DNA of 64,000 nt from Bacteroidia bacterium (GTDB taxonomy: Bacteria > Bacteroidota > Bacteroidia > Bacteroidales > VadinHA17). Positions 1 to 9,361 of this stretch are shown here, in pieces. Location: NCBI GenBank assembly GCA_026391555.1, contig JAPLEB010000122.1, positions 8,778-72,777 of the forward strand, in the 5' to 3' direction. Numbering within the stretch: the stretch's first letter is position 1; each line of letters begins with the position of its first letter. The translations under genes were made by a program, and so were the position numbers. The notes under the pieces were generated by a model. It had not been told where the DNA came from and ran no database searches. It saw nothing but the letters and a program-made list of their open reading frames with translations.

Positions 1-832
1 TAAGCCAAAGATTATCAGTGTTTTTACTTATATTGTCAAGAACTTTTGTTGAATGGTGAAAATTGTCTTTATGTGTTTTCCCTTCTTTTGTTTCGACTCC
101 TTTAAGATTATCAAGTTCAGGAAAAATAATTTTAAGAAGGCCTGACTTTTCAAGAAGGATAAAACCTTTTGAAGGATGCTCACACATAATTATTTTATTC
201 AGTTCAGTGGCAATCCTTTCGGAAGAAACAATCCTGATCCTTTCAACATTCTCTTTTATTGAATTAAACGTACTCTCCTCAATTGTGAAATTAAGCTGGG
301 CAGCAAATCTTATTGCCCTCATCATCCTTAAAGGATCATCTGAAAAAGTCTTGCCGGGATCAAGAGGTGTCCTGATAATTTTCTTCTTAAGATCATCAAT
401 ACCTCCGAATGGATCAATAAATTCCCCGAATGTATCCTTATTAATGCTTATAGCCAGTGCATTAATGGTGAAATCTCTTCTTTTCTGATCATCTTCAAGC
501 GTTCCGTCTTCAACAACAGGTTTTCTTGAACCTCTGTCATACGACTCCTTCCGTGCTCCCACAAATTCAATCTCGTATTCTTCATTTCTGAACATTGCTG
601 TTCCAAAATTTTTAAAGACGCTGACTTTTATTCCCGGACTTATCTTCCTGGCTGCTTTACGCGCTATCTCAATACCACTTCCAATGACAACAATATCGAT
701 ATCCTTATCAGGGTGATCCCTCTTGAGGAAACAATCCCTGACCCAACCTCCGATAACATATGCTTTTACATTCTCAGATGTAACCACAGTAGAAAGTTTC
801 TCGAAAATTTTGTCATTAAGACATATATTCAT
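1..832 (-). CDS. CCA-adding tRNA nucleotidyltransferase / poly(A) polymerase family protein, N-terminal ~277 aa (gene runs off left edge)
   Basis: Absent from the ORF track because it is open to the window edge. My translation of the minus strand from the ATG (complement of 830-832) reads MNICLNDKIFEKLSTVVTSENVKAYVIGGWVRDCFLKRDHPDKDIDIVV...RRDFTINALAI...DPLRMMRAIRFAAQL. It carries the class-II nucleotidyltransferase motifs GGxVRD, DxD and RRDFTINA. The + ORF 63..488 is its antisense shadow. Confidence 0.8.
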   Translation of the reverse strand, partial: MNICLNDKIFEKLSTVVTSENVKAYVIGGWVRDCFLKRDHPDKDIDIVVIGSGIEIARKAARKISPGIKVSVFKNFGTAMFRNEEYEIEFVGARKESYDRGSRKPVVEDGTLEDDQKRRDFTINALAISINKDTFGEFIDPFGGIDDLKKKIIRTPLDPGKTFSDDPLRMMRAIRFAAQLNFTIEESTFNSIKENVERIRIVSSERIATELNKIIMCEHPSKGFILLEKSGLLKIIFPELDNLKGVETKEGKTHKDNFHHSTKVLDNISKNTDNLWL

Positions 833-867
833 ATATAGATATGCCAATTTGTTAAATATTCATGACA

Positions 868-900
868 AAGTTACAAATAATACTCAATTTTTTGTAACTT
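868..900. promoter_or_regulatory. Perfect 10-bp inverted repeat AAGTTACAAA-N13-TTTGTAACTT in a divergent intergenic region
   Basis: Read directly: arms at 868-877 and 891-900 are exact reverse complements. It lies between the divergent CCA-enzyme and thioredoxin genes. An operator role is inferred only. Confidence 0.3.
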
Positions 901-983
901 ATGGTATTTAAGGAGTATTGGCATAAAGGTTGTTACTGAGTTAAACAAACTGAGGTTCTGTATGTTTAATAAATATAAATGCA

Positions 984-1343
984 ATGGTAGAACATTTAAC
1001 AAAAGAGACGTTTTTGAATAAGGTATTCAATTACGAAACGAACAAAGAGTGGAAATTTGAAGGCGAAAAGCCTTGTATAATAGATTTTTATGCCGATTGG
1101 TGCGGACCATGCAAGATGGTAGCACCGGTACTTGAAGAGCTGGCTAAAGATTTTGATGGTAAGATTAATGTTTTTAAGGTTAATACCGAGGAAGAGCAGG
1201 AACTTGCATCGGCTTTTGGTATAAGAAGTATACCTTCCTTTTTATTCGTTCCATCGGCGGGTCAACCACAAATGGCTATGGGGGCATTACCTAAGGAAAC
1301 ATTTGTTAAAGCATTCAGGGATGTACTTGGCGTAGAAAAATAG
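984..1343 (+). CDS. Thioredoxin
   Basis: 119 aa with the WCGPC active site (DFYADWCGPCKMVAPVLEEL) and thioredoxin-fold spacing (IRSIPSFLF). Confidence 0.9.
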   Translation: MVEHLTKETFLNKVFNYETNKEWKFEGEKPCIIDFYADWCGPCKMVAPVLEELAKDFDGKINVFKVNTEEEQELASAFGIRSIPSFLFVPSAGQPQMAMGALPKETFVKAFRDVLGVEK

Positions 1344-1499
1344 GCTGTTCGTCAAAAAGCAGTCTGTTTTTATTAAATATGTTGAAAAAAACGAAACAAT
1401 TTATGTCTGATTAACGTTTAATTATACAGAAGGTTGTAAAAATTCGTTACAAGGTTTTTTTTCATAGGTTTAGGTTTAGTTTTAGGGTAGTAAAGTAGT

Positions 1500-1530
1500 A
1501 AGTCAGGACTCCGGTCCTGACTTATTTTTA
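1500..1530. terminator. Stem-loop terminator between convergent thioredoxin and xseB
   Basis: AAGTCAGGAC-TCCG-GTCCTGACTT is a perfect 10-bp stem followed by ATTTTTA. Confidence 0.5.
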
Positions 1531-1725
1531 TACCAGGTCCTTAAATATACTGTTGATCTCCTCCTCCGTTGATCTTAATTTTTTCTGACATTGTTTAATC
1601 AGTTCAGAAGCACGCTTTACTTCAACTGATAACTTATCAACGTCCATATCCCCGTTTTCGATATTCTTCAGAATATCCTCGATCTCTATTACCGCTTCAT
1701 TAAACGAAAATTCCTTTTTTGCCAT
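1528..1725 (-). CDS. xseB: Exodeoxyribonuclease VII small subunit
   Basis: 65 aa helical protein (FSFNEAVIEIEDILKNIENGDMDVDKLSVEVKRASELIKQCQKKL), typical XseB. It shares a strand with xseA. Confidence 0.85.
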   Translation of the reverse strand: MAKKEFSFNEAVIEIEDILKNIENGDMDVDKLSVEVKRASELIKQCQKKLRSTEEEINSIFKDLV

Positions 1726-1740
1726 ATTTTTAAGTTTTAA
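1701..1740. repeat. Direct repeat, left copy (functional xseB start region)
   Basis: TAAACGAAAATTCCTTTTTTGCCATA is 26 nt identical to 2301-2326. Degenerate similarity (10 of 14) continues to about nt 40. It covers the first 25 nt of the xseB CDS plus upstream bases. Confidence 0.8.
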
Positions 1741-1831
1741 ATTTATCTTGATTCTTCAGGTTTTCTTATCTAATTTGTTGATATTAAATGACTGATATAA
1801 ATACAGGTAAAAATATTTTTCCAAAGAACAA

Positions 1832-1862
1832 TTCCCCCTTTGAAGGGGGTCAGGGGGATGTT
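1832..1862. repeat. Inverted repeat, left arm of the DUF559 cassette
   Basis: TTCCCCCTTTGAAGGGGGTCAGGGGGATGTT. Its reverse complement matches 2261-2291 at 30 of 31 positions. The arm contains its own hairpin CCCCCTT-TG-AAGGGGG. Confidence 0.85.
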
Positions 1863-1876
1863 TCTTCTTAAATAGA

Positions 1877-2248
1877 TTAGCATTCTTCTATTTCTATAAT
1901 GACAATTTCTAAAGCCCTTAATACGTCGTTCATATTCCGTTTGACATCAATATCGCTGAATCTGATAAATTTTACTCCAAGCCTTTCTAACTTACTCTGC
2001 CTGTTTGCATCATATTCATATTTGTGATCGTGTGTACATCCATCAATTTCAATAGCCAACATTAGTTCATGGCAATAGAAGTCAACAATATAATCACTTA
2101 AGGGAACCTGTCTGTGAAACTCAAAACCAAAAGATTTTCCTTTAATTTTCTGCCATAACAAAATTTCAGATAAAGTGCTGTTTTTACGTAGTTGTCTGGC
2201 AAGTTCTTTTAAATAAGGATTATATGATATGATCTTGTTTAGTGACAT
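1877..2248 (-). CDS. DUF559 (Vsr-like, PD-(D/E)xK fold) endonuclease domain protein
   Basis: 123 aa with LLWQKIKGKSFGFEFHRQVPLSDYIVDFYCHELMLAIEIDGCTHD...RQSKLERLGVKFIRFSDIDV. This is the typical DUF559 pattern R-Q...Y..DF.....L.IE.DG..H...R...L...G....RF. Confidence 0.85.
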   Translation of the reverse strand: MSLNKIISYNPYLKELARQLRKNSTLSEILLWQKIKGKSFGFEFHRQVPLSDYIVDFYCHELMLAIEIDGCTHDHKYEYDANRQSKLERLGVKFIRFSDIDVKRNMNDVLRALEIVIIEIEEC

Positions 2249-2260
2249 AACCTGGTTTTT

Positions 2261-2291
2261 AACATCCCCCTCACCCCCTTCAAAGGGGGAA
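2261..2291. repeat. Inverted repeat, right arm of the DUF559 cassette
   Basis: AACATCCCCCTCACCCCCTTCAAAGGGGGAA differs by 1 mismatch from the reverse complement of 1832-1862. Confidence 0.85.
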
Positions 2292-2300
2292 TTAAATTAG

Positions 2301-2340
2301 TAAACGAAAATTCCTTTTTTGCCATAACATTTAGTTTTAA
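2301..2340. repeat. Direct repeat, right copy (orphan xseB start)
   Basis: 26 nt identical to 1701-1726. On the minus strand it starts a 28-codon ORF, MAKKEFSFTNLIPPLKGVRGMLKTRLCH. That ORF's stop overlaps the DUF559 ATG in the string ATGTCACTAA. Confidence 0.8.
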
Positions 2341-2382
2341 TTACTACTTTTTAAACTTTTGTCTTATAACTTTTACATTTTT

Positions 2383-2455
2383 TAACCCACCCCATGCCCC
2401 CCGCCGAAGCGGGGCAGGCTCTCCCAGGAGGGGATTTTTTTTATTAGCATTCTTC
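2383..2455. repeat. C/G-word element plus 13-nt DUF559 3-prime-end remnant
   Basis: TAACCCACCCCATGCCCCCCGCCGAAGCGGGGCAGGCTCTCCCAGGAGGGGA is followed by T8 and ATTAGCATTCTTC. The same ATTAGCATTCTTC spans the stop codon of the intact DUF559 gene (1874-1886). A shorter relative of the word element lies at 60190-60220. Confidence 0.4.
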
Positions 2456-2468
2456 CCTGTTCCCCTCC

Positions 2469-3845
2469 TCACCCAGTCTCCCCAACAACTCTGCTTTTAA
2501 TCGAACCATCACTGAATTGTGTATCAATTAGATCATCTGTTTTTATCTGACTACTCTTTTTCAATATTCTGCCATTCAGTGATGTAATAGTATAACCGCG
2601 CTTTAAAACATTTTCGGGCCTCAGAATTTTAAGAGTGTTTTCCATTCCTGCCAGCAACAGATTATTTCTGTTCATAGAATCTGTTGTGAAGGTTATCAGA
2701 TTCTGTCTGTTTCTTTCAAGTATTGTCTCTTTGCCTGACGAAAAAGATTTTACTGCTGAAACAAGCCTCGATTCCTGATTTGCCGGAACAAGGCCTGCTT
2801 TAAAAGTATATTCTTTACCAATATTCATGATTTCTATTATTTCCCCTGAAAGTTTATCTTTTATATCCGACATCATTAACCGGGCGAGAGGTAATAGTTT
2901 TATTTTGGATGTTTCAATCCGGTTTCTGTTCTTTTCGATGATTATCCGTGAAATATCTTTGATCTCAGAACTCACCTCAATAAGTTGGTTTTCAACCAAA
3001 GCCACGCTATCGATAAGGAAATCGGCCACTGCTGTGGGTGTTTTTAGCGACTTATAAGCTACCATATCGGTGACTGACATATCTTTCTCATGGCCTATGC
3101 CGGTTATAACAGGTAAAGGAAACTGGGTAACATGATATGCAATATTGTAACTGTCGAACCAGCTGAGATCAGACTGAGAGCCTCCACCTCTAATAATTAC
3201 TACAAGGTCGAATAAATGTGAATTTATTGCAATTTTATCAAGAGCGCTTATTACACCCTGTTCAGTTTCTGCCCCCTGCATTGCGCTCTCGATCAATGCA
3301 GTATAAAAAACATATCCAAAACTGTTTCCGGTCAGATGGTTGATAAAATCGGAATATCCTGCTGCCTTCCCTGAAGAAATAATCGCAATTCTTTGAGGAG
3401 CAACGGAAAGGTCAAGTTCCTTATTCATTGAAAATACTCCTTCCTGCTCAAGCTTTTTAATAATAAGCTGACGTTTCATTGCCATTTCTCCGATTGTAAA
3501 TGCAGGATCTATATCGGTGATTACCAGGCTTAGTCCATATAACTCGTGATATTCAATTTTTGTTTTTACCAGGATTTTGAGCCCCTCTTTTAGGGATTCT
3601 CCGGTAATATTTTCAAAAAATGCCTTAAGGAATCTGTAACGGTTGCTCCAGATTATTGCTTTTGCACGTGCCCTGATACTATTCTCGTCGGGATGTTTTT
3701 CAATGAGTTCGAGGTAACAATGACCGGCAAAATTTTCCTTAATCTCCGAGATTTCAGCAATTACCCAATACATGTCAGGCAAAGCCAGATATAAAGAATC
3801 TCTTATAATCAACTGTAATTCTGTTAATGACAGTTTTTCAGTCAT
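2469..3845 (-). CDS. xseA: Exodeoxyribonuclease VII large subunit
   Basis: About 458 aa with N-terminal OB-fold region, central catalytic region (IIRGGGSQSDLSWFD) and long helical C-terminus. The ORF track begins at a TTG at 3851; the first ATG is at 3845. Confidence 0.9.
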   Translation of the reverse strand: MTEKLSLTELQLIIRDSLYLALPDMYWVIAEISEIKENFAGHCYLELIEKHPDENSIRARAKAIIWSNRYRFLKAFFENITGESLKEGLKILVKTKIEYHELYGLSLVITDIDPAFTIGEMAMKRQLIIKKLEQEGVFSMNKELDLSVAPQRIAIISSGKAAGYSDFINHLTGNSFGYVFYTALIESAMQGAETEQGVISALDKIAINSHLFDLVVIIRGGGSQSDLSWFDSYNIAYHVTQFPLPVITGIGHEKDMSVTDMVAYKSLKTPTAVADFLIDSVALVENQLIEVSSEIKDISRIIIEKNRNRIETSKIKLLPLARLMMSDIKDKLSGEIIEIMNIGKEYTFKAGLVPANQESRLVSAVKSFSSGKETILERNRQNLITFTTDSMNRNNLLLAGMENTLKILRPENVLKRGYTITSLNGRILKKSSQIKTDDLIDTQFSDGSIKSRVVGETG

Positions 3846-3847
3846 GT

Positions 3848-5515
3848 TCAATTTTTAAGTTTGATAACCTTGTGAGTAAAAGTGCCATAACCGGTTATTA
3901 TCCTGATAATATAGATTCCCTCTTCTTTATTCCTGAGCTCGGTTATTAGCAATGTACGTCCGAAATAATCAGGGTAATTCCTCTCAGCAACTAAATTTCC
4001 GGAAATAGTAAAAATCTCAAGTTTAAACTGACCCGGGGTTAGCCGGAAGGCTATTTCTATATCATCAGTGAAGGGGTTTGGACCGGCAACAGTTTCTTTA
4101 TCAGGGTTTCCTAAAAGAAAATTCTGCAGTAATTTAAGCATCGTGAGGGCGTCAACCATATCGGGAATTCCATAGCCATAAAGGGAGTCGGGTGAGTTAT
4201 GCCTGTCACCGCTGGAGTGAAGAGCCTCAATAACATCGGTGTTTAGCGCCATGGGGACAGCCTGCATGAGACATGCTGCCATTCCACTTAAAACGGGACA
4301 GGAAAAGGATGTGCCATTTGATCTATCCACTAAAGATAAAGCGGTTTGCACCGGAACACTTACCCCCATAGTGGAAATATCCGGTTTGATTCTGCCATCG
4401 GCAGACGGACCGGCTGAGGAGAAAGTTGAAATAATGTTGTTCCCATCAACAGCTCCAACCGCAAGAACACTATCTCCGTCTGAGGGGAAGATGATACGTT
4501 TCCAATTTTTGTTCCTCTCATTCCCGGCACTGTTGACAACAAGAATTCCTTTTGAAGCGGCGATATCAGCCGCCCTTGTCACGAAGGCGGTGTTACCGTC
4601 CAGATCGGAGTATTTATAATTGAGAGTTGGATCATTAAAATCGTAATATCCCAGTGATGAGGAAATTATGTCGGCGCCTGCACTATCTGCAAATTCAGCG
4701 CCTGCGGCCCAGAAATCTTCCTCACAAGGGAACTCGGACTCTACATCTTCAGTTTTGAGAAGTAAATAATCGGCCCCGGGAGCTGTTCCTTCGATCGACC
4801 CGGGAATTTTTCCGGCCAGGACAGAAAGTACAGCGGTACCATGTGAGCTGTTACTATATACGGACTTATTATTATTTACAAAATCATATGTCGCTTTTAT
4901 TCCATTTCTGTTTCGAAGATCATTCAGGGAGGATATCTGATCGGCTATAATAAAGCCTCCATCAAGAATGGCTATCAGAACGCCTTTTCCATCATAACCT
5001 GAATTATGAAGAGGATAGCCGTTAACCATTGCTATCGGCCGGTCAAAAGGAGGGAGGTCGGCCTGTTCTATCTGAAAGTCGTGTTTATCAATAAAATTGT
5101 TCTTGTAACCTGGTGTTTTTACGATTTTGACATCGCTTACAAATGATAAATCAAGCAAGATGTTAATATCGGCAGGAGACTGAGTTTTGAATAGGGCAGT
5201 ATTCATCCATTTCGAAGTACAGTGAAGTTTAAATACTGAAGATGATATCTGATTAAGGTAGCCTGTATAAACTGGGATATCCCTGAAATCTGGTACAGGA
5301 ATTCCGGATTTTTGTCTGCGGTACATAGCTCTGGGGGAAATCAGATCTCCGGGGGCATAATTGCCTGTTGCATTCTCTCCTTTGTCCCTGAAGTAGACTC
5401 TGTAATAATAGTAATAAGTTGATCCTTGTCCATACAAGCAATTAGCTGCTGATAAAAGCAAAAGAGTAAAAGCGATTTTCACTCCCTTCCCTGTTGAAAG
5501 ATTGAAAGCCTTCAT
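3848..5515 (-). CDS. S8 (subtilisin-like) serine peptidase with T9SS C-terminal sorting domain
   Basis: Catalytic triad contexts are AILDGG (Asp), HGTAVLS (His) and GTSFSCPVLSG (Ser). It has a signal peptide. The C-terminal ~80 aa (NPFTDDIEIAFRL...GIYIIRIITGYGTFTHKVIKL) resembles a Por/T9SS CTD. ATG at 5515; the track starts at a GTG at 5521. Confidence 0.85.
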   Translation of the reverse strand: MKAFNLSTGKGVKIAFTLLLLSAANCLYGQGSTYYYYYRVYFRDKGENATGNYAPGDLISPRAMYRRQKSGIPVPDFRDIPVYTGYLNQISSSVFKLHCTSKWMNTALFKTQSPADINILLDLSFVSDVKIVKTPGYKNNFIDKHDFQIEQADLPPFDRPIAMVNGYPLHNSGYDGKGVLIAILDGGFIIADQISSLNDLRNRNGIKATYDFVNNNKSVYSNSSHGTAVLSVLAGKIPGSIEGTAPGADYLLLKTEDVESEFPCEEDFWAAGAEFADSAGADIISSSLGYYDFNDPTLNYKYSDLDGNTAFVTRAADIAASKGILVVNSAGNERNKNWKRIIFPSDGDSVLAVGAVDGNNIISTFSSAGPSADGRIKPDISTMGVSVPVQTALSLVDRSNGTSFSCPVLSGMAACLMQAVPMALNTDVIEALHSSGDRHNSPDSLYGYGIPDMVDALTMLKLLQNFLLGNPDKETVAGPNPFTDDIEIAFRLTPGQFKLEIFTISGNLVAERNYPDYFGRTLLITELRNKEEGIYIIRIITGYGTFTHKVIKLKN

Positions 5516-6303
5516 TACCACATAACTCCGGTTTTCTCCGGGTCAGCAATTTTCCCCTTGTTTTTCTCAAGGAAGTCTAAATAGTCAGACTCATCAATAT
5601 CCATCTGGCGATCCTTTGTAACTCCTGCCAGGTATTCTAATTTGTATTTAATGGTTCCGTCATTATTATAAATAAGCCAATGTCCATCCCTTACGTCATT
5701 TTTATATTGTCCGGAAAACTCAATCTGTCCATTTTCAAACCAAACCTCAAACCTGCCATTAACTTTGCCGTTCAGATAATTAGATTTCAGGCAGATGGCG
5801 CCGTTTGGATAGTATCTGATCCATTCCCCCTGCCTGATATCATTTATGTATGTGAGTCTTTCGGCAACCGTACTGTCGGGATAGAATTTAAGGGATGGAC
5901 CGTTTTTGAGATTTCGGGAGTATTGTTCTTCGGAGATCAGATACCCTTTCGTAATTGCGGAGAAGAATTGCCATTTTCCCTCTTTCATCTGTTTGATGTA
6001 AGTTCCTTTTGAGGAGATATTGCCATTCGGGTGATAAATAGTTGCAATTGCCGCTGTACCATCGCCATTGTATATGAGCAGGGATTTTAAAGTTTTGTCT
6101 TCATTATATCTTCTGAACTCACCGACAGGATGATCGTCCTTAAAAAGTCCATCATACATAACATTTTCATTAGGATATTTTTTAATCCAATGTCCCTGTT
6201 TCCTTCCCTCGGTATCTGTCTGATTAATATTCATTTCAGTCTGACATGTTGCCATGGCCGAAATGGCAAACAAAGAAGTAATTGTAATTATTTTCAGATT
6301 CAT
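5515..6303 (-). CDS. MORN-repeat (YwqK-like) periplasmic protein
   Basis: Contains repeated G.W..Y..NG motifs (GEWIRYYPNG, GRFEVWFENG, GHWLIYNNDG) and a signal peptide from the ATG at 6303 (MNLKIITITSLFAISAMA). The track start at 6330 is a TTG. Confidence 0.7.
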   Translation of the reverse strand: MNLKIITITSLFAISAMATCQTEMNINQTDTEGRKQGHWIKKYPNENVMYDGLFKDDHPVGEFRRYNEDKTLKSLLIYNGDGTAAIATIYHPNGNISSKGTYIKQMKEGKWQFFSAITKGYLISEEQYSRNLKNGPSLKFYPDSTVAERLTYINDIRQGEWIRYYPNGAICLKSNYLNGKVNGRFEVWFENGQIEFSGQYKNDVRDGHWLIYNNDGTIKYKLEYLAGVTKDRQMDIDESDYLDFLEKNKGKIADPEKTGVMW

Positions 6304-6373
6304 AATAAGGGAACGCAAAATTTGATACAAAAGTACAAAAAATTCTCCCGCAGTTTGTACTGATTTGAGCAGA

Positions 6374-6405
6374 TAAAAAAAGAGGTTGAATTATTCCAAC
6401 CTCTT
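6374..6405 (-). terminator. Rho-independent terminator of dnaK
   Basis: On the minus strand, AAGAGGTTG-loop-CAACCTCTT (9-bp stem) is followed by a T7 run, 23 nt after the dnaK stop. Confidence 0.6.
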
Positions 6406-6427
6406 TTATGAACCAGTTATCCTGATA

Positions 6428-8338
6428 TTATTTTACCTCTTCAAAGTCAACATCAGTTACCTCCTCATTCCCCGGCTTAGTGTTATTACCACCGGGTTGT
6501 TCCGGACCGGGTTGAGATGTTGGCTGACCGGTATTCTGTGCAGTTTTGTACATCTCTTCTGAAGCAACCTGCCATACTGAATTCAGTTCAGCAAGGGCTT
6601 TATCGATTGCATCAATGTCTTGTGACTTGTGTGCTTCCTTAAGCTTGGCAAGGGCATCTTCAATAGCCGGTTTCTTATCTGCCGGGAGTTTGTCTCCAAA
6701 TTCCTTAAGCTGTTTTTCGGTTGTAAAGATCATACTGTCAGCAGTATTAAGCTTCTCGACTTTTTCTTTTGCCTTATTATCGGCTTCAGCATTGGCTTTG
6801 GCTTCTTCTCTCATTCTCCTGATCTCATCATCACTCAATCCTGACGATGCTTCAATCCTGATTCTCTGTTCTTTACCGGTACCTCTGTCTTTAGCGGATG
6901 CGTGTAAAATGCCGTTTGCATCTATATCAAAGCTTACTTCAATCTGAGGAACGCCTCTTGGGGCAGGTGGAAGACCATCGAGATGAAAACGTCCGATAGT
7001 TTTGTTACCAGTGGCCATTGGTCTTTCGCCCTGCAGAACATGGATTTCCACAGATGGTTGGCTATCGGCAGCAGTGGTGAACACCTCTGTTTTCTTAGTA
7101 GGGATGGTGGTGTTTGACTCAATCAGTTTGGTCATAACTCCGCCCATTGTTTCGATACCCAGCGACAATGGTGTAACATCGAGAAGGAGAACATCTTTAA
7201 TCTCTCCGGTAAGTACGCCACCCTGTATTGCTGCTCCTACTGCCACAACTTCGTCGGGGTTAACCCCTTTTGAAGGCACCCGGCCAAAGAATTTTTCAAC
7301 AAGTTGCTGAATAGCAGGTATCCGTGTAGAACCTCCCACAAGAAGAACTTCATCGATTTCAGTTACTGCAAGGCCGGAATCTTTAAGAGCGATCCTGCAA
7401 GGCTCGGTACATGACTGTATCAGTTTATCACAAATCTTTTCAAAGTTGGCGCGTGTAAGTGTTTTTACAAGATGCTTTGGAATTCCATCAACAGGCATAA
7501 TGTAAGGGAGATTAATCTCTGTAGTTGTTGCACTGGAAAGTTCTATTTTGGCTTTTTCGGCAGCTTCTTTCAGACGCTGTAATGCCATTGGATCTTTTCT
7601 GAGATCAATACCTTCTTCTTTAAGAAACTCTTCTGCCATCCAGTCAATGATCAAATGGTCAAAGTCGTCTCCTCCAAGATGGGTATCACCGTTAGTGGAT
7701 TTAACTTCAAAAACACCATCACCAAGTTCAAGAATTGAAATATCGAAGGTTCCACCGCCAAGGTCAAACACTGCTATCTTCAGATCCTTTGACTTTTTGT
7801 CGAGACCATAAGCCAGGGCAGCAGCAGTAGGTTCATTAATGATCCTTTTAACATTCAACCCTGCTATCTCTCCCGCTTCTTTTGTTGCCTGACGCTGTGA
7901 ATCGCTGAAATATGCCGGAACTGTAATAACTGCATCAGTAACCTCTTGTCCGAGATAATCTTCGGCGGTCTTCTTCATCTTCTGAAGAACCATTGCAGAT
8001 ATCTCCTGCGGAGAATAGTTACGGTTATCAATTTTCACCCTTGGAGTATTATTATCGCCTTTAACAACAGTATAGGTTACCCTTTTTATCTCTTTCGTAA
8101 CCTTATCATACGTTTCCCCCATAAACCTTTTAATCGAGTAAATGGTCTTCTTCGCGTTGGTAATAGCCTGTCGTTTGGCAGGGTCGCCTATTTTACGTTC
8201 TCCATTCTCAACAAATGCAACTATGGAAGGGGTGGTTCTCTTACCCTCACTGTTAGGGATTACAACAGGCTCATTGCCTTCCATTACTGCAACGCACGAA
8301 TTTGTTGTTCCCAGATCGATGCCAATTATTTTTCCCAT
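6428..8338 (-). CDS. dnaK: Molecular chaperone DnaK (Hsp70)
   Basis: 636 aa with Hsp70 signatures [26 protein letters not shown] and [14 protein letters not shown]. Confidence 0.98.
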   Translation of the reverse strand: MGKIIGIDLGTTNSCVAVMEGNEPVVIPNSEGKRTTPSIVAFVENGERKIGDPAKRQAITNAKKTIYSIKRFMGETYDKVTKEIKRVTYTVVKGDNNTPRVKIDNRNYSPQEISAMVLQKMKKTAEDYLGQEVTDAVITVPAYFSDSQRQATKEAGEIAGLNVKRIINEPTAAALAYGLDKKSKDLKIAVFDLGGGTFDISILELGDGVFEVKSTNGDTHLGGDDFDHLIIDWMAEEFLKEEGIDLRKDPMALQRLKEAAEKAKIELSSATTTEINLPYIMPVDGIPKHLVKTLTRANFEKICDKLIQSCTEPCRIALKDSGLAVTEIDEVLLVGGSTRIPAIQQLVEKFFGRVPSKGVNPDEVVAVGAAIQGGVLTGEIKDVLLLDVTPLSLGIETMGGVMTKLIESNTTIPTKKTEVFTTAADSQPSVEIHVLQGERPMATGNKTIGRFHLDGLPPAPRGVPQIEVSFDIDANGILHASAKDRGTGKEQRIRIEASSGLSDDEIRRMREEAKANAEADNKAKEKVEKLNTADSMIFTTEKQLKEFGDKLPADKKPAIEDALAKLKEAHKSQDIDAIDKALAELNSVWQVASEEMYKTAQNTGQPTSQPGPEQPGGNNTKPGNEEVTDVDFEEVK

Positions 8339-8499
8339 TTTATAATAATTTAATTTTTTTCATTTTGATAAAATTGATATGCAATGATTATGCCATTTGA
8401 GTTACTTCCTGTATTTCTGACAAAACGACAGAGAATCTGAGAAAGTCTGACAATTTAAAAAGATATAACATTGAGGAGGTATCATCTGATACAAATCAG

Positions 8500-8507
8500 T
8501 AACTTTG
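8500..8507 (+). promoter_or_regulatory. Candidate Bacteroidota -7 promoter box (TAACTTTG) for panB
   Basis: Matches the TAnnTTTG consensus, 28 nt upstream of the panB ATG. Confidence 0.35.
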
Positions 8508-8534
8508 TCTGCTTGAATTAACACATTTATAATT

Positions 8535-9350
8535 ATGCCGATACATAAGTCTGTTAAAAGGGTTACTACTCATGTTTTGAATGGGATGAAGCTCAAAGGT
8601 GAGAAGATTGCAATGCTGACTGCTTATGACTATTCCACTGCAAAGATTCTAGATGAAGCAGAAATAGATGTTATACTGGTAGGGGACTCTGCATCAAACG
8701 TGATGGCCGGCTATGATACAACTTTGCCGATTACCCTCGATAACATGATTTATCATGCTGCATCTGTTGTAAGGGCTGTTAAGAGAGCTCTTGTTGTTGT
8801 AGATCTTCCGTTCGGAACGTATCAGGGCAATTCAAAGGAAGCCCTGGCTTCATCGATCAGGATCATGAAAGAGACAGGGGCACATGCTGTTAAGCTTGAG
8901 GGAGGATACCAGGTGGTTGAATCTATACAAAGGATACTATCGGCCGGAATTCCTGTAATGGGACATCTGGGTCTGACACCACAGGCTATTTATAAGTTCG
9001 GAACGTATGTTGTCAGGGCAAAAGAAGAAGAAGAGGCCTGCAGACTGTTAGAGGATGCCAGGTTGCTTGAACAGACCGGTTGTTTTGCAATAGTGCTTGA
9101 AAAAATACCGGCCAGGTTGGCGGAAGAGGTTACAAACAGTCTGAAAATACCCATTATTGGCATTGGAGCAGGTGGTAAAACTGATGGCCAGGTGTTGGTT
9201 CTTCATGATATGCTTGGTATAACACAGGAATTCTCTCCACGTTTTCTTCGCAGGTACCATAACCTTCATGCAGAAATTAAGGGAGCTGTACAGGCTTACA
9301 TTAGCGATGTAAAATCACAGGACTTTCCCAACGAAAATGAACAGTACTAA
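8535..9350 (+). CDS. panB: 3-methyl-2-oxobutanoate hydroxymethyltransferase
   Basis: 271 aa with [19 protein letters not shown] and AVKLEGG motifs. Confidence 0.95.
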   Translation: MPIHKSVKRVTTHVLNGMKLKGEKIAMLTAYDYSTAKILDEAEIDVILVGDSASNVMAGYDTTLPITLDNMIYHAASVVRAVKRALVVVDLPFGTYQGNSKEALASSIRIMKETGAHAVKLEGGYQVVESIQRILSAGIPVMGHLGLTPQAIYKFGTYVVRAKEEEEACRLLEDARLLEQTGCFAIVLEKIPARLAEEVTNSLKIPIIGIGAGGKTDGQVLVLHDMLGITQEFSPRFLRRYHNLHAEIKGAVQAYISDVKSQDFPNENEQY

Positions 9351-9361
9351 CTTAAACTGAA

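Larger units (their letters stand above)
1832..2291 (-). mobile_element. DUF559 endonuclease mini-cassette bounded by 31-nt inverted repeats
   Basis: Inverted repeats at 1832-1862 and 2261-2291 tightly bracket the single DUF559 gene. The unit sits between duplicated copies of the xseB start. Confidence 0.45.

Noticed and set aside
63-488. 141-aa + strand ORF at the left edge
   Set aside because: It is the antisense shadow of the CCA-adding enzyme gene. The minus-strand frame has clear nucleotidyltransferase motifs, and the + ORF is low-complexity Ser/Leu/Ile-rich.
6546-8353. Series of + strand ORFs (6546..6947, 7002..7310, 7548..7811, 7946..8353 and others)
   Set aside because: All lie antisense within dnaK, have Ser/Ala-rich compositions and show no motifs.
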